Below are positions 25,891 through 34,883 of a stretch of 42,362 bases of DNA, piece after piece. The stretch's first letter is position 1; each line of letters starts with the position of its first letter. Below the pieces are notes generated by a model. That model had not been told where the DNA came from, ran no database searches, and saw only the letters and a list, made by a program, of their open reading frames with translations. Where the stretch lies: IMG/VR virus record IMGVR_UViG_3300020398_000002, positions 1-42,362 of that record. One strand, written 5' to 3'. Source of the DNA: a virus (lineage: Duplodnaviria > Caudoviricetes). A program made the position numbers and the translations under genes.

Positions 25891-26144
25891 CTAACTGAAA
25901 CATTAGCAGTTCCTGTAGCACATTCATCTGAAGTCCCACCTCCACCCCATATATATGTAAAGCCTGTTATGGCTCGCTGTCTTATTTTTACAGCATCAGC
26001 AAGCGTTAAATCTCTTCTTAAATGTTGTGAATTATTAATAGGCGAATTTGGATTAGCAGGGGTAGAGGTAAATGTTTCTGCATATAAGTTAGCTAATAGT
26101 GATGCTAATGAATTTGCATCATCAACATTATTTTGATTTGACAT
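25863..26144 (-). CDS. Hypothetical tail-region protein
   Basis: 93 aa, coupled to upstream gene. Confidence 0.6.
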   Translation of the reverse strand: MSNQNNVDDANSLASLLANLYAETFTSTPANPNSPINNSQHLRRDLTLADAVKIRQRAITGFTYIWGGGGTSDECATGTANVSVRWGYTGLYA

Positions 26145-27607
26145 TAAAGTCTCAAGCCTCTTGGAATATTTGCATATTGTATCTGTGTTTCAATAATATT
26201 ATCGTTTAAAGTTAGATCGTCAGCAGGTGTTAATATTCTTTTTGATACACTTATTACCCACATTGTTTCATCTATTTCTTCTCTATCCCAAACAAGATTA
26301 AACATTTGTCCTGCTTTCCAACCTTTTTGTAAAGTTGTAAATGATCCTCTTTTTAGTATCTTACTTTTTCTATCAAGTAAAACTTCTACTATCTCATCTA
26401 AAGCCTCAATTCCCTGTACAGCTATTTCGGATCCTTTTGAGAACACAAACTCATGAACACCATCACCACCTGTTGCCGCTGATATTTCAGCTATACGTTC
26501 TACATCTAGTGCTTCGTGTTCGTTATTTGTCTCATACTGATAACTAGTGCTAAATATATCTCCTACATTTATCTCGTCTGGACATAACCTAATATAAGAA
26601 TTATTGATTCCTTGTCTTCCTACATATAAGAAAGCATTTTCCCCTGCTGTACTAAAATCAGTAGCATCTCTAGCTATATCATCTAGGTTAAGATCAAATT
26701 CAGTAACCACACTACTACGATTTCTATACACATATGCAACATCTAATTCAGAAAATGGTCTTCGCTCTAGCTTATAAGTTATTCCTTCTGAAGCAGCTTT
26801 CGCATCACAAGCAGGAAATACTTCAATTTTAGTTTCATTACTTCTTATAATCGCATTCTTAATAATTGCCTTAGTACCTATACCATCTATAGATTCTTCA
26901 ACACTAAGATCATAGAAGTTTATAAAGTCTGTTTCTACATGAAGAGAATGGTTGCCGTTAACGATAGGTAAAAAGGTTGCCCATATTGAAGTTGATGGTC
27001 TAAAGTTAATCCGCTTATCAAAATCTATCCACCATACATGACCAGTTTTTTGAGCAAGACTACTTATAGCATCAGCAGGTGCTACTCTTTGAAATATCTG
27101 CCTTCTAATAGTTGGCCCGATTTGTATTGCATATACATTACCAACAAGAGCATCTACGTTATTATAAAAAGTATTATAAAAATAATCCCCTAAAGGATTA
27201 TCTGCTATTGCTGATTGTCGTAAATCATAAAGAATCTGTTCTATCATTCCATGTTCAGTTTTACTACCAGTAGATACCCTAGGAGTTGAAGCAGTATCAT
27301 AAACTTTATTTAAATATCTACGATTTAACATAAAAGTATAATCTGATGCAAGACAGTTATACTCAACCACTTGATTGGCTTCTCCCATTATTCTTTCCAT
27401 TTCAGTAATAATGCCACCAAATATTTTAATAGAATCATCTCTGATAATAATTTCATTCCCTACATTAGGAGAATCATCTGCATCTGTAGCTCTGATAATA
27501 AACTCACAGTTATCTCCTGTACTTTCCATGCTGTCTTGAATGTTGATACTTTGAAAATCAACATCATTACTACGGTCAACTGTTCGTATTTCTATTGTTA
27601 TTGCCAT
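26144..27607 (-). CDS. Tail hub/baseplate-like protein
   Basis: 487 aa directly after the tape measure; IFGGII, WWIDFDKRINF. Confidence 0.65.
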   Translation of the reverse strand: MAITIEIRTVDRSNDVDFQSINIQDSMESTGDNCEFIIRATDADDSPNVGNEIIIRDDSIKIFGGIITEMERIMGEANQVVEYNCLASDYTFMLNRRYLNKVYDTASTPRVSTGSKTEHGMIEQILYDLRQSAIADNPLGDYFYNTFYNNVDALVGNVYAIQIGPTIRRQIFQRVAPADAISSLAQKTGHVWWIDFDKRINFRPSTSIWATFLPIVNGNHSLHVETDFINFYDLSVEESIDGIGTKAIIKNAIIRSNETKIEVFPACDAKAASEGITYKLERRPFSELDVAYVYRNRSSVVTEFDLNLDDIARDATDFSTAGENAFLYVGRQGINNSYIRLCPDEINVGDIFSTSYQYETNNEHEALDVERIAEISAATGGDGVHEFVFSKGSEIAVQGIEALDEIVEVLLDRKSKILKRGSFTTLQKGWKAGQMFNLVWDREEIDETMWVISVSKRILTPADDLTLNDNIIETQIQYANIPRGLRL

Positions 27608-29589
27608 TACATACGACCGCCATAAGTGGAAACATTAATATTTGATGAAACTGCCTTTACTACTTTTGTGGCTAACTGATCATCACTCTTAACCACATTA
27701 TCATAAACATTTACTGTTATACCTCCATATCCATGTCTAAAGGGGCCTCCTTCTTGTTCTCCACTAAATCCTTCTCCTAGTGAAATGACATCTTGAAATC
27801 CAGTTAAGCTATCTAAGTAATTAGTTAATGTTGTGTCAGTTAAAGCATCTCGTATTGCTGTAGTTGCTTTTGCTACAGCATTAGCTTTTTCTTTAAGAGA
27901 ATCAAATGTTCTCTGTAGGTTAGTCATACCACCTGATTTAGCAGTCATGCTAGCCTGAGTAGCTAATATTGAAAGTTCTTTAACTGGATCATCTGAATCA
28001 AAGGCTGCTTTCATATTTTTTTGAAAGTTTATAAATGCTAATCCTACTGTAGAATTATCTTCCCCTAATGGCTTGACTATAGCAAAGGCTTCATTAAAGC
28101 TAGTTTCCATTCTTGCAATGGAGAATACTAGTTCGGGATTAACAGCCGCTACTTCATCTTTAATTAAATTTGCAATCCTAACAGCCTTTGAATTTTTTCT
28201 TACCCACGGGGTTTGAAGCACTTCTGTACCACCAGTTGCTAGAGCTAAGTCTATTGCTTTATCCATCTGGCCAACCCAAGCCTCTGGGTCAAATGTATCT
28301 AAGAAAGGATTCCAATCTACTCCTGCTTCTGTAGCTATATCTTTAAGTTGACCAAATGTTATATCACCTGCATTTCCAAAATCTTGAAGTATTTTTATTG
28401 CTGCTGCTCCCTGTTTAGCAAGTTCACCCATAGACATTTCTACACTACCTATAGATGGTATTCCTGTATCAGCAAAGCTAGTTACAGATTCTAAAGCGGC
28501 TTCAACAGATTTCTCAAAATCATCTGTTCTGGATTTAGTAACTAAGAATGAAGCAGCAGCAACTTTAAGTGCATCTGATGTAGGTTCAATACCCTGAGCC
28601 CTTAAAGCCATCTGTGCTTGTAATAAAGCCTTAACTACTTCTTCCTCATCCTTCGTTGCTAATCCTAATTTATCAACAACTCCTACTGCTCTTTGTCTTG
28701 CTAAGTCCATTGATTCCATTGAACGAGTAACTATAAAAAAGCTATTGCCAAGTAACTTCATTTCTTTACGTTCTTTTAAGATCTTCTTAATACCTTTAAA
28801 AGCTAAAGCTGCTGCTACTGATAATGCCGCAAAACTAAATGTTAATGGAATATTTGCAGAGAATTGTAAGAAGATTAATGAGAAAGCCAATCCCATAACA
28901 TCTCCATTTAACGCACTCATACCAAGCATTGCACCTTGAGCGGCGGCTCCTGAATTTCGTATGCTATCTTGCACCCCAATAGCGGCTCCCTTCATAAATA
29001 CCATACGATTATTTAATTGAGTAACTTGTGCTTCAACAGCTTTTAAACCTGCCTCCTGTTCTCTAAGTTGTGTTACTCTAGCTTTACCGAGAGCAGTTGA
29101 AACACCCTCTGTTTTTAATAGAGTCTCAATTGCCATTCTTAATTTATAAACTTGAGAAGTGTTTAAGCCAGACTGAACACCTAAATCTTGATGTCTCTTT
29201 GTTAGGATTACAGTTTCTTGACCAAGATTTTTTGCTTTATTTTGAAGATCACTATAAGAACCTCCAACCTCTTTCATAGAAGCTACTTGATTCTTTGCAG
29301 TTAGACCTGTCATTCCTGTTTCAGAAATAACATCTTGGTCAAAACCTTGCTGTTTCATTAACTGTTCTACTTGACGCTTTTCAGCAGGAGTAGCAGGGGA
29401 TGTCATATCTACCCCTCTTGCTGCTTTTGTACGCATATCAGGTCTTCCCTCTTTTGTAAGAGGTACTCCTGCCGCTGTTCCACGTACCTGTTTTAGCAAG
29501 CGTTGATATTCTTGCCCTGCTCTACGAAATGCTTTAACGGCATCTGTAGCATCACCAGTTAATATAAAACTACTTGTTGCTTGTGACAT
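27607..29589 (-). CDS. Tape measure protein
   Basis: 660 aa Ala-rich helical protein with central hydrophobic segments and C-terminal ITVNV...; position after chaperones. Confidence 0.75.
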   Translation of the reverse strand: MSQATSSFILTGDATDAVKAFRRAGQEYQRLLKQVRGTAAGVPLTKEGRPDMRTKAARGVDMTSPATPAEKRQVEQLMKQQGFDQDVISETGMTGLTAKNQVASMKEVGGSYSDLQNKAKNLGQETVILTKRHQDLGVQSGLNTSQVYKLRMAIETLLKTEGVSTALGKARVTQLREQEAGLKAVEAQVTQLNNRMVFMKGAAIGVQDSIRNSGAAAQGAMLGMSALNGDVMGLAFSLIFLQFSANIPLTFSFAALSVAAALAFKGIKKILKERKEMKLLGNSFFIVTRSMESMDLARQRAVGVVDKLGLATKDEEEVVKALLQAQMALRAQGIEPTSDALKVAAASFLVTKSRTDDFEKSVEAALESVTSFADTGIPSIGSVEMSMGELAKQGAAAIKILQDFGNAGDITFGQLKDIATEAGVDWNPFLDTFDPEAWVGQMDKAIDLALATGGTEVLQTPWVRKNSKAVRIANLIKDEVAAVNPELVFSIARMETSFNEAFAIVKPLGEDNSTVGLAFINFQKNMKAAFDSDDPVKELSILATQASMTAKSGGMTNLQRTFDSLKEKANAVAKATTAIRDALTDTTLTNYLDSLTGFQDVISLGEGFSGEQEGGPFRHGYGGITVNVYDNVVKSDDQLATKVVKAVSSNINVSTYGGRM

Positions 29590-29603
29590 TTATATATTCC
29601 CTA

Positions 29604-30509
29604 TTAAGACTTAAAGGTAAATTGACCACCAGTTGGTCTACCTGTTGTGGGATCAACACTTCCTCTAGGTAATCTATACACAACTACAGCATAGCCCCTA
29701 TTCCTATGACTGGTTTTTATTGGTTTAGAAACTTGCTGTTGACCATCTGACATGACCGAATCAATAGCATCTTGAATGATTTGTAAAGTTCTAGTTCCTG
29801 CGGTTTGGTAATTACTATCAAATAAATCATCTACGATAAAGTTAGGATTTGCTTTTGTCATACCAAATTTTGCAATATGCCTAATAACATTAAACATTTC
29901 TCTACCTTCTGGAATACCTTTACTTCTAGCCCATTCCATAAGGTTTGATCTAAATTCTCCTGTACCCCCTGCATCCATTGCACCCATTTGATTTGATCTA
30001 AGTTTTGCTCTACCCATACCTTCAGGACTATCTCTACGTTGACCACCTAAAATTTGGCTATTATAAAAAGCACTATGTCTAGGAGAAGCATCTTTAGTAT
30101 GATGAATATTACGAATATTTGGGTCTTGTTCAGCTATGCTTTCACCTGAACCTGCCGGTGAAGCTCCATGATCTAGATAATATATTTTTGAAAAAGGCGT
30201 TCCATCATTTGAAGAGGCTCCTCCATCGTCAGCCCAAAATATATTAATTTCCCCTCTAGGATCAATTTGAATATCCCAGTTAGCGTCATTGTTTATTGAG
30301 CCACCTAGTCGACCTGTAGCTTCAATAGGAAAGCCTTTTCCTTTTGATTGAGGTGAGCTATATCTATTATTTAGTTCTAATTGCATTCCCTCTCTAATCC
30401 TAATAGCAATTAAATTTAAATCAGACAATATCTGATCGTCAAAATTACTAATATAAGAATCAATTGAATCTATAAGATTAGTATTAAAAGGAATATTATT
30501 TACAGGCAT
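29604..30509 (-). CDS. Putative neck/tail-completion (HK97 gp10-like) protein
   Basis: ATGRLGGSI, YYLDHG, LMEWARSKGI...IAKFG motifs. Confidence 0.55.
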   Translation of the reverse strand: MPVNNIPFNTNLIDSIDSYISNFDDQILSDLNLIAIRIREGMQLELNNRYSSPQSKGKGFPIEATGRLGGSINNDANWDIQIDPRGEINIFWADDGGASSNDGTPFSKIYYLDHGASPAGSGESIAEQDPNIRNIHHTKDASPRHSAFYNSQILGGQRRDSPEGMGRAKLRSNQMGAMDAGGTGEFRSNLMEWARSKGIPEGREMFNVIRHIAKFGMTKANPNFIVDDLFDSNYQTAGTRTLQIIQDAIDSVMSDGQQQVSKPIKTSHRNRGYAVVVYRLPRGSVDPTTGRPTGGQFTFKS

Positions 30510-30742
30510 TATCTTCTTCTGCCTCTTCCTCTAGCTGTAGGAGTTGACCTATTCATTTTAGCCTTATGTCTTTGATCTTGAACTTTCGTTTGTGCATTCT
30601 TTCCTACTACCCATTCTTTCACCCTCATAATATCCCATACTGTTGCATTTGCTCGTACATCCCACGGTGTAGTTCCTAACTGTTCTGCCAGAGCAACATC
30701 CCACATTTCATGTGGAATTGGACTACCACCATTAGAAGTCAT
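30509..30742 (-). CDS. Tail assembly chaperone, downstream (T-like) part
   Basis: LAEQLGTTPWDV; lies in the -1 frame just after the upstream chaperone. Confidence 0.55.
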   Translation of the reverse strand: MTSNGGSPIPHEMWDVALAEQLGTTPWDVRANATVWDIMRVKEWVVGKNAQTKVQDQRHKAKMNRSTPTARGRGRRR

Positions 30743-30747
30743 AGATG

Positions 30748-31104
30748 CTATGAGGTTTCTCCTAAATCCGATGTATCAGGTAAATCATGTCCCATATCTT
30801 CAGTCATCTTAGTGATAATAAAATTTACAAATGTATTTGGTAACTTACCTACACTTTGCATATCCTGTGCAGGAACAGGCATAATTGGCCCACCTTCTTC
30901 TTCTGGTATATTCCATTCGATCACCATCTTCTCAAACATGTCTTCAACATATTCTGAATCAGGTCTAGTTAAATCCCTATCATCTCCAAATAAAATTTTT
31001 ACATCTGAATATTTCATTCCTTGTAATAGGCGTATGTCTACCCAATATTCTGGTGATCCTACCTCACTTAATGTTATACGTGTTTTTGATTTTGGTAATG
31101 GCAT
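30748..31104 (-). CDS. Tail assembly chaperone (G-like)
   Basis: MPLPKSK... start at 31104 behind GAGAGGA; IEWNI...LP motif; located between tail tube and TMP. Confidence 0.6.
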   Translation of the reverse strand: MPLPKSKTRITLSEVGSPEYWVDIRLLQGMKYSDVKILFGDDRDLTRPDSEYVEDMFEKMVIEWNIPEEEGGPIMPVPAQDMQSVGKLPNTFVNFIITKMTEDMGHDLPDTSDLGETS

Positions 31105-31447
31105 TGACCGATTCCTCTCTCGTTGTTGTAACCATAAAAGACCCATTTGATAAATACGATATTACCTTTAGACTTCCATGAACTCGTTTGATTTCAACTC
31201 TCTCAACTTCAAACCTCTCACTTTCTAAAGTAAAAGAGTATAAGATTTCTGATTTCTCTCTCTTGCTACATAGCCTTCTAACTTGATCTAATATATCTCC
31301 TTGCCAATAATATTGTTGACCTTCACGTTCTAATGGAGGAAGTAGACCTTCTCCTCTCCAGTATCCTAAAGTTCTTCTACTTAGAGAGAATCCTTCTCCC
31401 TCTAGTTCATCTATTACTTCATCTTGAGTAAACTGTAAGCCTTGCAC
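31064..31447 (-). CDS. MerR-type HTH protein
   Basis: LSRRTLGYWRGEGLLPP...YY winged HTH pattern. Confidence 0.7.
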   Translation of the reverse strand: MQGLQFTQDEVIDELEGEGFSLSRRTLGYWRGEGLLPPLEREGQQYYWQGDILDQVRRLCSKREKSEILYSFTLESERFEVERVEIKRVHGSLKVISYLSNGSFMVTTTREESVNAITKIKNTYNIK

Positions 31448-31467
31448 TACTACTGTAACCTTTGCTT

Positions 31468-31499
31468 AAAACAAGATAGTATTCGTCAATACTACCTTG
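31468..31499 (-). terminator. Hairpin after the tail tube gene
   Basis: CAAGGTAGTATT-GACG-AATACTATCTTG-TTTT on the - strand. Confidence 0.55.
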
Positions 31500-31513
31500 C
31501 GAGAGAGAGGAGA

Positions 31514-32731
31514 CTAATAAGTTGGGGGTGTTGTGGCATTAACCCCTGATTCTGTAAGCTGAACTTCTACAGGTGATTTATTTGTAGCAGTAGCAGTTGT
31601 ACCATCATAAGTATCACCACTTACAGGAAGAGCGGATGCAGTTGTTAATGCTCTAGCTGAAATTGAAATAGTTGAATAAGCACCACTTGTATCTAATTCT
31701 AATGGAGATTCAAATGGACTAGAAGCTGCCATTCCAATAATAACTGATCTTTCACTATTATCATCTTCAGTTCCCTGAGAAATAGCTACCTGAGTCTTCT
31801 TGCCTCCACCCATTTGTATGGCTTGGTTAGCACTTGAAAGAACACCACTTGAATTTCGATTACGTAAGAATGCAAGTTCTGTAGCATTAACTTCAGCAAC
31901 TGTACTCCAAGTTACTGCTAATGGGCCAAGATAAACATCACTATAGTCCTGAGTATTTCCAAGTGTATATATAGTAGATGCTTCTCTTGTCATTGTTAAT
32001 TCAAAAGATATCAATCGTGCATCATTTCCAGTAAGAGTTGTTCCCATAAGCGTGGGTTGATACTTAGCTGTGCCACTAGCACTATTAGCCCAACCTAAAG
32101 CAATATCATTGCTTAAAGTTTTTGTTTGGCGAATTGTAGTTTCAGCACTAACAACAGTAGCAGGTTGTCCAGTTAAACTAGCAGTTACTGTTACAGCACC
32201 TTCACCTGCATTTAATGACATACCCATATCAGTTACACGACAATCTAGCCATTGAGCATCGCCTTCACCACCAATAATATTTCTAGCTATCGAAAGATAT
32301 TCTTTTGTATTACCCAATCGAAAGTATGAATCCATTGTTGTTTTAGTAGCAGCAACTCTCTGATGCCTCATGGATGCTCTTTTTTCTGTTGTATCTGGTG
32401 TTTCTCCAGTTGCAGGTAAAGCCCCTCCTCCTGTACTAAGAAAATTTCTCAGAAGGATTCCAAACACACTTCCTGTTGCTAGGGTTGCAGGAGTGCTTGC
32501 TCCATACATCAATGGAAACTCAAGAGTAATTTCTGTAAAACCTACTCCTTGATAAGCACCGAAATCCATTGCGTCTGTACCACGCCTACCAGTATCGAGT
32601 ATTTGTTCAAAGTTTTCAGTAGCGGAAAATGAACCTACATCTGTAACTACAATATCGAATGCACTAGCAACAGAGCCTTTAGCACTTTGCCGTCCTATTC
32701 CAATGACTTCTTTTGCACTAACTATTGCCAT
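31514..32731 (-). CDS. Major tail tube protein
   Basis: 405 aa Thr/Ala/Ser-rich; position after head-tail genes; followed by a hairpin. Confidence 0.65.
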   Translation of the reverse strand: MAIVSAKEVIGIGRQSAKGSVASAFDIVVTDVGSFSATENFEQILDTGRRGTDAMDFGAYQGVGFTEITLEFPLMYGASTPATLATGSVFGILLRNFLSTGGGALPATGETPDTTEKRASMRHQRVAATKTTMDSYFRLGNTKEYLSIARNIIGGEGDAQWLDCRVTDMGMSLNAGEGAVTVTASLTGQPATVVSAETTIRQTKTLSNDIALGWANSASGTAKYQPTLMGTTLTGNDARLISFELTMTREASTIYTLGNTQDYSDVYLGPLAVTWSTVAEVNATELAFLRNRNSSGVLSSANQAIQMGGGKKTQVAISQGTEDDNSERSVIIGMAASSPFESPLELDTSGAYSTISISARALTTASALPVSGDTYDGTTATATNKSPVEVQLTESGVNATTPPTY

Positions 32732-32745
32732 TTCTTAAACCTCCG

Positions 32746-33279
32746 CTATCTTGTATAGGAGCGTCCACTCGTTTCAATTACTACTCTATGCACATTGAAT
32801 GTTGTTTGGCTTCTATACAAATATACTTCACCAAACTGTTCAAAACTAAAATTAGAAGTTACTCCATTAATAAACTCAATATTTGCATTACCTAGAATAT
32901 TCTTATTCTTTTCTAGAGTCCATACAAGTTCTTCAGTTTTATCTTGTATATATTGATATGAACGATTAAAGTCACCATGAAACGCCATTCCTGTGACCAT
33001 CATACCATGAACCATTTCATACTGATATTGATTTGAAATCGCATCTGTAGAAACTGCCATACGATTTCTACGCATAAACCAACCTTCATATTCTGGTTGG
33101 GCTAAATCTTTATGGACTGCAAGTTTATTTAAAAAATCTATATCAGTTGTTACAGGTTCAAGTTCTTCAGTAAAAACATTTTCACATTCAATAGAATCCA
33201 ATAGTTTTGATAAAGCATCTTCTAGGACAGGACGTATAAATATATTATTACTAGTATCAGAAGCATTTCCTGTAACCAT
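32746..33279 (-). CDS. Putative tail terminator protein
   Basis: 177 aa; synteny only. Confidence 0.5.
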   Translation of the reverse strand: MVTGNASDTSNNIFIRPVLEDALSKLLDSIECENVFTEELEPVTTDIDFLNKLAVHKDLAQPEYEGWFMRRNRMAVSTDAISNQYQYEMVHGMMVTGMAFHGDFNRSYQYIQDKTEELVWTLEKNKNILGNANIEFINGVTSNFSFEQFGEVYLYRSQTTFNVHRVVIETSGRSYTR

Positions 33280-33282
33280 TAA

Positions 33283-34005
33283 TTATGTTCCTGAGAAAGA
33301 ATGGAACATATAATTATCACCTGTTACATATCGCTGATCAAATTCTCTAGATGCACTAGCACCCACAATGTCAGCACCACCTAATTCACGAACATATTTT
33401 TCACGAAAATGATCTCCAACATTTCTAAATCCACTACTCTTATTATTCATAGAAATATAAGAAGCTCCGGCAGGTGGATCAATTGCTTTCTCTGCATGAA
33501 ATTGAAGGGTAGAGGCGAGTTCGGAAACAGCTAGAAACACTACTGCTTTTTCATGTTGACTAGGCAAGGTAGAGGTTGTTGAGTCAAGCGTGTGCCTAGT
33601 TGTATAAGTGATAAGCAATGTTGTACTAGCAGAAGGAGAGTGATTAGGAAAATAGAAGTATCTAGTAGACGCATCTCTATAATATTTCCAATCTCCATTA
33701 TCTTCAGACATAAACTGAGGATGCTCATCACTACCTATTCTAGAACTGGCATCATAGTCAATAGATAAGATAGTGGAGAAATCATTCTCCCAAGAAGCTA
33801 AGTTGGTTAAGGGGTAATACTTGCCACTATCTCCAACCTCACTCTCTACCACAATTTGGGGAAAGTCTCGTGAATATACAGTTATTGCCTGTGCAATAGC
33901 TTGATCAACGGCATTATCCCCAACTTCATTTTCACCTGTAAAAAAAGGAAATGTTCCAGTAATATTTCTCATCTCTGAACGTAAGGTTTCCAGAGTAGTA
34001 GCCAT
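33283..34005 (-). CDS. Putative head-tail adaptor
   Basis: MATTLETLRSEMR, AIAQAI, YTTRH...LPSQHEKAVVFLA; synteny. Confidence 0.6.
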   Translation of the reverse strand: MATTLETLRSEMRNITGTFPFFTGENEVGDNAVDQAIAQAITVYSRDFPQIVVESEVGDSGKYYPLTNLASWENDFSTILSIDYDASSRIGSDEHPQFMSEDNGDWKYYRDASTRYFYFPNHSPSASTTLLITYTTRHTLDSTTSTLPSQHEKAVVFLAVSELASTLQFHAEKAIDPPAGASYISMNNKSSGFRNVGDHFREKYVRELGGADIVGASASREFDQRYVTGDNYMFHSFSGT

Positions 34006-34006
34006 C

Positions 34007-34363
34007 TTATCCCTTTAGAACTATCTTTGCGGTTACTGTCATAGATGGTGAACTTGATCCACCAACTGTAGGATTTAATCTAATATATTTTCCCATTGAG
34101 TTAGTAATCTTTACAACAGGAGCATAGTAATCAACTGTAGGATCACTAATTTGAGTTACATCAGAATCTTTATGCCACTCACCATTATCATGTGAGGTTT
34201 CAACATCAAAGTCTATGGTTGGACTTGTTCCTGATTTAGCAGTTACCTTGATATAGATCGAGGCTTCGGTAAATCTCCCACACTCAACAGAAGAAGAGGA
34301 TGTGCCTGTAGCAGATATAACTTGATCGGAATATAGTGTTCTACTAACATCCTGTACTGCCAT
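34007..34363 (-). CDS. Small beta-rich virion protein
   Basis: VTAKSGTSPTIDFDVETSHD...W...KYIRL...GGSSSPS. Confidence 0.6.
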   Translation of the reverse strand: MAVQDVSRTLYSDQVISATGTSSSSVECGRFTEASIYIKVTAKSGTSPTIDFDVETSHDNGEWHKDSDVTQISDPTVDYYAPVVKITNSMGKYIRLNPTVGGSSSPSMTVTAKIVLKG

Positions 34364-34659
34364 TAGCCTATCTCCTGATAAAATACATCTACACCTTCTC
34401 CACTTGTATCAACATCAATCCATATATTTCTTAGATCAATTCCTGTGTGGTTTCCTGAATACATTGGAGCTTCAAAGGTTATTGTTTGATTAGCATCTAG
34501 GTCAGGATATGTGTTAGCAACATCTGCATCCCCAAGATAGATATCATTAGTGTTACCTTTCTTGGCTCTAAAAGTAACTGAGGAGACAAGTATAGTAGAA
34601 GTAGCAATTCGTTCTGCTGTCCCTGCTGTTGTTACATTCTTAACGAATGAATTAGCCAT
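34363..34659 (-). CDS. Small virion (decoration-like) protein
   Basis: VTTAGTAERI...AKKGNTNDIYLGD...DLRNIWID...GEGV. Confidence 0.6.
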   Translation of the reverse strand: MANSFVKNVTTAGTAERIATSTILVSSVTFRAKKGNTNDIYLGDADVANTYPDLDANQTITFEAPMYSGNHTGIDLRNIWIDVDTSGEGVDVFYQEIG

Positions 34660-34668
34660 TTCTATCTC

Positions 34669-34803
34669 CTATTTTTTAAGACTAAGGCAAGTAGTTGTTC
34701 TTACCTTTGCTAAGAGTTTAGCGTTCTTTTGAACTTTAGTACATTGAATACAAGTACATGCTTTGGGTTTTCGTGTTCTGCGAGGTTTATTTTCTGTAGC
34801 CAT
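34669..34803 (-). CDS. Small basic peptide, 44 aa
   Basis: MATENKPRRTRKPKACTCIQC...; AAGGA SD; not in the track. Confidence 0.45.
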   Translation of the reverse strand: MATENKPRRTRKPKACTCIQCTKVQKNAKLLAKVRTTTCLSLKK

Positions 34804-34814
34804 AATATATCCTT

Positions 34815-34856
34815 AAAAAAATAAGAGGAGAGGGAGAGATGAAACTCCCTCTCCCC
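34815..34856 (-). terminator. Intrinsic terminator after the capsid gene
   Basis: GGAGAGGGAG/CTCCCTCTCC 10-bp stem, then a T7 tract on the - strand. Confidence 0.75.
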
Positions 34857-34883
34857 TAGCTTACCATCGGGGGTTGCTAGCTA

